Shown here piece after piece: positions 33,340 through 39,097 of a DNA stretch of 41,920 bases (position 1 is its first letter; each line of letters starts with the position of its first letter). The notes under the pieces were generated by a model that had not been told where the DNA came from, ran no database searches, and saw only the letters and a program-made list of their open reading frames with translations. The DNA is from an archaeon (GTDB lineage: Archaea > Nanobdellota > Nanobdellia > Pacearchaeales > GW2011-AR1), in the NCBI GenBank assembly GCA_039796495.1, contig JBDKJQ010000063.1:1-41920 (forward strand), given 5' to 3'. The translations under genes and the position numbers were made by a program.

Positions 33340-33828
33340 ATGGTAGAAACATTTTTATTATCCCCGTTCATGGTTGACTACACGTTACCTTTTATCTTAG
33401 TTTTTGCTTTGATGTTTGCAATTTTGCAGAAAACAAAATTATTAGGGGATGAGGCGAAACGCGTGAATGCGATGATTGCGTTAGTGATTGGCTTAATGCT
33501 TGTTGCATTTCCTCCTGCACGAACGCTCGTTGTCTTGCTCATGCCCTTTTTGGCAGTGTTTGCTGTTCTTCTATTAGTGTTCATGCTCTTGTATGGGTTT
33601 ATCGTTGGAAAAAAAGAAGGAGATGTTTTAGGAAGGCCGTGGAAAATTGCATTCGGCGGAATATTAGCATTATCGCTCGTTAGTTATCTATTAATGGTCA
33701 GCGGTTATTGGGATATTGTGTGGAGTTTGTTTTTTGCTGGCGGAAGAAATCAACTGCTGATGACTGTCATCATGATTGCAGCTATTGTTGGTGTTATCGC
33801 TGCAGTGATATGGGGAGATAAGAAATAA
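33340..33828 (+). CDS. 4-TM membrane protein, paralog 1 of a tandem triplet
   Basis: 162 aa. Shared N-terminal motif 'LPFILVFALMFAILQKTKLLGDEAKRVNAMIALVIGL', followed by further hydrophobic spans. Confidence 0.6.
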   Translation: MVETFLLSPFMVDYTLPFILVFALMFAILQKTKLLGDEAKRVNAMIALVIGLMLVAFPPARTLVVLLMPFLAVFAVLLLVFMLLYGFIVGKKEGDVLGRPWKIAFGGILALSLVSYLLMVSGYWDIVWSLFFAGGRNQLLMTVIMIAAIVGVIAAVIWGDKK

Positions 33829-33905
33829 ATTTTATTTAGAAATTTTTCAAATCGAAATATATATAAACAACTCTTTTCTTTTTAGCATACTAAAGAGGTT
33901 TACAC

Positions 33906-34397
33906 ATGCCACCTGCATATAATATTTATGGGTTTTCAATCGGAGATTTACTAAACAGTTGGGCAGACATGGGCGTGTTTGCATACCTCTTACCCTTTTT
34001 GATGATTTTTGCATTGGTATATGGACTTTTAACAAAATTAAAATTACTGGGAGAAAACAGAGGAGTGAATGCAACAATTTCTCTTGCTTTTGGACTGTTA
34101 GCGTTACAGTTTGATTATGTCTCTGGGTTTTATGCAAGTATTTTTCCGTATGCAGGTATGGGTTTAGCTGTTTTATTGGTGGCACTTATTTTGTTAGGTT
34201 TAGGAAATGAGAATTGGAGTAAGAATTGGTTGTGGGGGGTTGTTGGAGGAATTATTTTTGTCATTGTATTAATGACGTCGGTGTCTGATTTGTTTTGGCT
34301 TGGAGGGGCTGCGAGCGGACTTGCAAATGCTGCTCCTGCATTATTAGCGATTGTTATTATTGTAGGAATAATGGTTTGGGTTATCCGCAGTCACTAA
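33906..34397 (+). CDS. 4-TM membrane protein, paralog 2
   Basis: 163 aa. 'LLPFLMIFALVYGLLTKLKLLGENRGVNATISLAFGL'. 'gaggt' lies 6 nt upstream of the ATG. Confidence 0.6.
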   Translation: MPPAYNIYGFSIGDLLNSWADMGVFAYLLPFLMIFALVYGLLTKLKLLGENRGVNATISLAFGLLALQFDYVSGFYASIFPYAGMGLAVLLVALILLGLGNENWSKNWLWGVVGGIIFVIVLMTSVSDLFWLGGAASGLANAAPALLAIVIIVGIMVWVIRSH

Positions 34398-34402
34398 TTT
34401 TT

Positions 34403-34912
34403 ATGGCAATCGATATTTCAGGAATATTTTTGTTTATGCCCATCTTTAGTTTTTTATTTGTTTTTTTTATTGTGTACGCACTGCTTGCAAGCACCAAAGT
34501 GTTAGGAGATAATAACATCATTAATGTGCCGGTGAGTTTAATCATGGCCATTATTTTCATGAGTTTTTCTTCACTTGATTTGTATATTCAGACGATCATC
34601 CCGTGGTTTATTGTCCTTGCAGTGTGCGTGTTCATGATACTTGTGATCGCTGGGTTTTCGACGGGAAAACTTGAGGAGATTATGAGCAAACGATTTTTCG
34701 GGTGGGTTGTCGTGCTTGTGCTGTTGTCCATTTTTTTAATTGCTGCAATTAAAGTTTTTAATCCTGTATTTCATCCTGACTTGATTATAACTTCGGGAGA
34801 AGGAACAAGCTTAATTGATCAATTTCGATATTCTTCTGACGGTCGAGTGTTTGGGACTCTGCTTTTAGTTATTGCAGCTGCTGCAGTCTCGTGGGTTTTG
34901 GTTAAGAAATAA
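34403..34912 (+). CDS. 4-TM membrane protein, paralog 3 (most divergent)
   Basis: Internal ATG 6 nt after the previous stop gives 'MAIDISGIFLFMPIFSFLFVFFIVYALLASTKVLGDNNIINVPVSLIM'. The track extension to 34295 overlaps paralog 2 and is Cys/Arg-rich nonsense. Confidence 0.6.
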   Translation: MAIDISGIFLFMPIFSFLFVFFIVYALLASTKVLGDNNIINVPVSLIMAIIFMSFSSLDLYIQTIIPWFIVLAVCVFMILVIAGFSTGKLEEIMSKRFFGWVVVLVLLSIFLIAAIKVFNPVFHPDLIITSGEGTSLIDQFRYSSDGRVFGTLLLVIAAAAVSWVLVKK

Positions 34913-34939
34913 TTTTACTCTTTTTATACAAGAACAATC

Positions 34940-35713
34940 TTATCTTACATAGTCTTCGAAGTTATCTTTCTTTTGATTTGTTGATCTTTCGGGAGATTCA
35001 TTTTTTTCCTGAGCAATCTCTTTTTCTTGTATTTTATTTTTTTTATCAGTCTGTTCGTTATCTCTCCTATTCATTATCGGGTTAATCATCTTGGAAAAAG
35101 AATTTTGCGTCGCCTTTAATTCATTTGCTATTGTTTCAACATGTTCACCGTAGCTCCCCATTTTTCGTATTAATGCCATCTGCAATTCATTTAATGTATT
35201 CTCTAATTTTTGGAGATTATTCTCGATTTCATTTATTTTTTCCGTCATATTCTTCCTAAACTTTGTTGCTAATGATAACTCTTTTTTCATGTCTTTCATT
35301 TTCTCGTCGATAATCTGCGTGGCGAGATCACCGATTGTTTCGTAATCAATTGATTGCGGAGACTGATACTCCGGATACTGTACAGGCATTGGTTGCTGGT
35401 ATTGCTCCTGTTCCTGTTGTGGATATTGTTGCGGGTTATATTCGGGATATTGCTGCTCCTGAGCTGGTTCGGATGGTGGCATTTGTGCTTGCGATTCAAT
35501 TGAAGGCTGGAGCTCTCCCGGTTCAAATTGCTGAGGAATATCCTGTTGCGGAGAGACTTGATTTGTTCTTATCAATTCTGATTTGATTTCTGATTGTGAG
35601 AGTGCTTCATTAATCTCTTTTGGAGAATATCCCTGCTCTTTAAGCGACTGGATAATCTGAGCTGTCGGTGTGCCGTTTCCTTTCATCTGCGAAATAATCT
35701 CTAATACTGCCAT
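34940..35713 (-). CDS. UBA-like N-domain, Q/P/Y-rich linker, C-terminal coiled-coil protein
   Basis: 257 aa. 'AQIIQSLKEQGYSPKEINEALSQ', then 'PQQFEPGELQP...QQYPEYNPQQYPQQEQEQYQQPMPVQYPEYQSPQ', then the heptad region 'KINEIENNLQKLENTLNELQMALIRKM'. The start is 1 nt after the upstream gene's stop. Confidence 0.6.
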   Translation of the reverse strand: MAVLEIISQMKGNGTPTAQIIQSLKEQGYSPKEINEALSQSEIKSELIRTNQVSPQQDIPQQFEPGELQPSIESQAQMPPSEPAQEQQYPEYNPQQYPQQEQEQYQQPMPVQYPEYQSPQSIDYETIGDLATQIIDEKMKDMKKELSLATKFRKNMTEKINEIENNLQKLENTLNELQMALIRKMGSYGEHVETIANELKATQNSFSKMINPIMNRRDNEQTDKKNKIQEKEIAQEKNESPERSTNQKKDNFEDYVR

Positions 35714-35714
35714 C

Positions 35715-36152
35715 TTATTTTTTGTTCTGCTTTAATTTATCGTTGATCATTTTTTCCACATCTTTTATTCTCGCAAGCTGTAGTGGTTGAAACATATCGT
35801 ATTGCCTCTGGAGAATGGTGAGCTCGGTTTTGCGTGCCATACTGTTCAGTTCATTCATAATGCGCTGCAGTGTTTGTTTTACCATTTTTATTTCATATTC
35901 CATTTCATTTATTTTTTTATTAATAGAGCGATCTTCATTTTCCTGATCTTCTTTGAGAGAAATAAAATTTTCTCCAATGAGCATCGTGCGATCCCGTAGC
36001 AGTCGCTGTTTTTCTTCCACCTCATTCAGTCGTGTTGCAAATTCAGAGAGCAATGAGCTTATAGAATCTTGATATTGTGTTTGTTCTACCATCTTTTTAT
36101 AATGTGTTATTTGGGGTTTAAATTTGTTGTGATTGATGATCTTAAAAGACAT
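35715..36152 (-). CDS. coiled-coil protein of unknown function
   Basis: 145 aa, predominantly heptad-like ('RLNEVEEKQRLLRDR', 'INEMEYEIKMVKQTLQRIMNELNSM'). The internal ATG at 36092 (MVEQTQ..) has a 'aaatttaaac' box ~28 nt upstream and may be the true start. Confidence 0.6.
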   Translation of the reverse strand: MSFKIINHNKFKPQITHYKKMVEQTQYQDSISSLLSEFATRLNEVEEKQRLLRDRTMLIGENFISLKEDQENEDRSINKKINEMEYEIKMVKQTLQRIMNELNSMARKTELTILQRQYDMFQPLQLARIKDVEKMINDKLKQNKK

Positions 36153-36154
36153 AA

Positions 36155-36165
36155 TTTATTTAAAT
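36155..36165 (+). promoter_or_regulatory. TATA-box-like element in a 33-nt divergent gap
   Basis: 'tttatttaaat' centred ~26 nt upstream of the ATG at 36186, and only ~10 nt from the annotated divergent ATG at 36152. Confidence 0.4.
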
Positions 36166-36185
36166 GAATAATCTCTTATTCTTGT

Positions 36186-36647
36186 ATGTTGATTGTTCAA
36201 AGTGCTATTGATAGTGAGCTGCGCACGTTTCTAGAAACAGACTTATCGGCGCGTTTTCGTTTTGAAGAGGGGAGAGATTTAGATGTAGCTATCAAAGAAA
36301 TTCTTAGCAATAGAGATATTTTCAGCTTTTTGACGATTCATCTTCCTGAAAGACATGGCTTGCGGCTGGGGAATGTTGGATATTATGATGGCGAACGAGT
36401 TTATCATAATTATGGATTGACTATTGGAAGGGAAGTTCCTCGTAAAACTGTCCTTTATAGCTGTGAGAGTCTTGGAATTGAATGTTATTATGACGACCGG
36501 GCAAAACAAACAATGCAATTTTCCGATCATTTACCTCGCTTAGACTTTACTTATGTAAATGGCTATCCTTCTCCGATGGAGTTTTGTACAAAAATAAAAA
36601 AGTCTTTTATAGATTTTCAACGATATCTTATTAATTTTGATCTTTAA
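36186..36647 (+). CDS. hypothetical soluble protein immediately upstream of the secretion-type ATPase
   Basis: 153-aa ORF with no TM and no recognisable motif. Co-oriented with the ATPase, 67 nt upstream of it. Confidence 0.5.
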   Translation: MLIVQSAIDSELRTFLETDLSARFRFEEGRDLDVAIKEILSNRDIFSFLTIHLPERHGLRLGNVGYYDGERVYHNYGLTIGREVPRKTVLYSCESLGIECYYDDRAKQTMQFSDHLPRLDFTYVNGYPSPMEFCTKIKKSFIDFQRYLINFDL

Positions 36648-36714
36648 AAATTATGTTTTTTTGCTTAGCGCAACTTTTAATAATAACTCTTGTTTTGTAA
36701 AGAAGGAGAAAGAG

Positions 36715-38994
36715 ATGCTATTCAAACCCGGGACGAAACTATATTCGTATGAAGTCATCAAAGAAGAGGGTAGCAAGACGTTATACGTGAATTATTTGGG
36801 AGCGAGCTTTGTGCCTAACCTTGCCGATGCAAGTGATGTTATGACAAGGACGATTGATCTTTTGATAGAAGCAACCGGCGTTTCCCGGATTGTGTTTGTA
36901 CAGCAACGAAACTATAGCTATAATACTGAGCAGACATTTATGCTACAAGAAATAGCAAATCTCCATGTTTTTCTCACCAAACAAGAAAAAATTCTTTATC
37001 CATCGAAATTATCGATTTTGAATACTGATAGGGTCGGCAAGCGATATAATGATGTTGCTTATTTGTTAGTACGGTTAAAAAGCGATCCGATCGCATGCTT
37101 TGTTGAACTGAAAAAAATTATTGCACAGGAACGAAATGAACTTGAAAAAGTATCGGATACCATGAAAATAGACCAGCTCAGTTATGTAACGTTGTTGGAA
37201 AAGTTTGAACATTTATTAGAAAATACCGAGCTTATAAAAAAATCAAAAAAATATCTTGAAGACGGTTATCAGCGTGCGATTTATCATAATTTTTTCAGGC
37301 CTGAAATTATTCCTAACTTTACATTTACACGATTAGTTGCAAGCATACCTGCGGATGCCCGCATCATTGACCAGTACGAGATCGGGGAGTCATTTGACCG
37401 CTCTGTTGTTACTATCCTGAAGCGGGAGAGCGATGCAAAATATATGTATCATCTTATGCCTCCGGAGTATTCTCTGGAAGAAGAGATGCAAAACTTGATT
37501 AATTTGGCTAGAAATGTGCTTATTGAGCATCAGCCGAAAGCAGAAGAATTTACTGATCCTGAGAAAACACGACAAGTTTTTTTTAATGTTTCACGGGATC
37601 TGTTGCGTGATCTGGCAGAAAGCAAGAAAATCAATCTTGAGTATAAGGATCTGAATGTGATGGCAAAAATTTTAGTACGACATACGATCGGTTTTGGACT
37701 TGTTGAAGTGTTGTTAGAAGACCGAAATATTCAGGATGTGGTTTTGAATGCGCCTATATCTTCAAATAATATTTTTTTACGGCATCAGACGTATGATGAA
37801 TGCATTACTAATATTATCCCTTCACGGGAAGATGCTGATTCATGGGCTGCAAAATTCAGGATGATTTCTGGAAGACCTCTTGACGAGGCGAATCCTATTC
37901 TGGATACTGATCTAAGCTTGGGGAATATCAGATCACGAGTAGCAGTCATTCAGCAGCCGCTGTCACCTCAGGGATTGGCATATGCAATTCGAAGACATCG
38001 GGAAAGCCCGTGGACCTTGCCTTTATTTGTCAAAAATAAAATGTTAAACAGTTTTGCTGCAGGTCTCTTAAGCTTTTTGATTGATGGTTCACGAACCCTT
38101 CTTGTTGCTGGTACTCGATCAAGTGGTAAAACAAGCTTGCTTGGAGCATTGCTTTTAGAGATCATGCCGAAATATAGAATCATTGTATTAGAAGATACCG
38201 CGGAACTTCCGGTCGATGCGATACGAAAGCTGCATTATGACATTTTGAGAATGAAAGTGAGAAGTGCTCTCGTGAAAGAAAGTGCTGAAGTCGGTGCTGA
38301 TGAAGGAATACGAACCTCCTTGCGATTGGGAGATAGCAGCTTAATTGTAGGAGAAGTGAGATCAATGGAAGCACGTGCGTTATATGAAGCAATGAGAGTT
38401 GGGGCGTTGGCAAATGTTGTTGCAGGTACTATTCATGGTGCTTCACCGTATGGTGTCTTTGATAGAGTTGTCAATGATCTAGGCGTTCCTACCACCAGTT
38501 TTAAGGCAACTGACTGTATCATTGTCGCAAATCCGGTGCGCACTCCTGATGGATTGAGCGCAGTGAAGCGGGTTATCCAAGTTACTGAGATCAGAAAACA
38601 CTGGACGCGTGATCCGGAAGAAGAAGGGGGATTTGTTGACTTATTAAAATATAATGTTGAAAAAGACGAATTAGAAGCAACTGACGAATTAATTAATGGA
38701 GATTCTGAAATGATTAAGGCCATTGCAGCAGGTGTGAAGGGATGGGCTGGGAATTGGGACGCAGTGTATGATAATATCTTATTACGCGCAAAAATAAAAC
38801 AGGAAGTTGTGGATTTAAGCGAAAAATTCAAGCGACCGGAGATACTCGAGGCAGATTTTAATTCATTAAGCAATAATATGTTTCATCAGTTTTCCAAGGA
38901 TGTCCAGGATGAGTTTGGTTTGCCGCTCAGTGATAAGGTATTTCCGTTATGGAAAACATGGGCATTGCGGGAATTGAAATCGAGATATCAATAG
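36715..38994 (+). CDS. FlaI/PilB/GspE/VirB11-superfamily secretion or type IV filament ATPase with extended N-terminal region
   Basis: 760 aa from the ATG preceded by 'aaggag' (6-nt spacer). Walker A 'VAGTRSSGKTSLLGAL', Asp/Walker B 'RIIVLEDTAELP', 'LIVGEVRSMEARALYEAMRVG', His box 'AGTIHGASP'. The Walker A lysine is near residue 470. Confidence 0.85.
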   Translation: MLFKPGTKLYSYEVIKEEGSKTLYVNYLGASFVPNLADASDVMTRTIDLLIEATGVSRIVFVQQRNYSYNTEQTFMLQEIANLHVFLTKQEKILYPSKLSILNTDRVGKRYNDVAYLLVRLKSDPIACFVELKKIIAQERNELEKVSDTMKIDQLSYVTLLEKFEHLLENTELIKKSKKYLEDGYQRAIYHNFFRPEIIPNFTFTRLVASIPADARIIDQYEIGESFDRSVVTILKRESDAKYMYHLMPPEYSLEEEMQNLINLARNVLIEHQPKAEEFTDPEKTRQVFFNVSRDLLRDLAESKKINLEYKDLNVMAKILVRHTIGFGLVEVLLEDRNIQDVVLNAPISSNNIFLRHQTYDECITNIIPSREDADSWAAKFRMISGRPLDEANPILDTDLSLGNIRSRVAVIQQPLSPQGLAYAIRRHRESPWTLPLFVKNKMLNSFAAGLLSFLIDGSRTLLVAGTRSSGKTSLLGALLLEIMPKYRIIVLEDTAELPVDAIRKLHYDILRMKVRSALVKESAEVGADEGIRTSLRLGDSSLIVGEVRSMEARALYEAMRVGALANVVAGTIHGASPYGVFDRVVNDLGVPTTSFKATDCIIVANPVRTPDGLSAVKRVIQVTEIRKHWTRDPEEEGGFVDLLKYNVEKDELEATDELINGDSEMIKAIAAGVKGWAGNWDAVYDNILLRAKIKQEVVDLSEKFKRPEILEADFNSLSNNMFHQFSKDVQDEFGLPLSDKVFPLWKTWALRELKSRYQ

Positions 38995-39097
38995 TAACAT
39001 CGCTTTTCTGGACGTTAATTTATTCTCTGGAAAAATGAAATTTACAGCAATGTATTTAAAGCTGTTTTCACTATTTTTTTTGTTACACCACACGCAA

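Noticed and set aside
36637-36714. Track extensions of ORFs upstream of better-supported starts: 36637 for the ATPase, 34295 for paralog 3, 20029 for the acidic protein, 24952 for mpg, 26788 for M16, 13642 for DP2
   Set aside because: The extensions use non-ATG starts, or overlap or nearly abut neighbouring genes' coding or start regions. Some encode implausible sequence. Internal ATGs have SD-like or TATA-like signals at the correct spacing.
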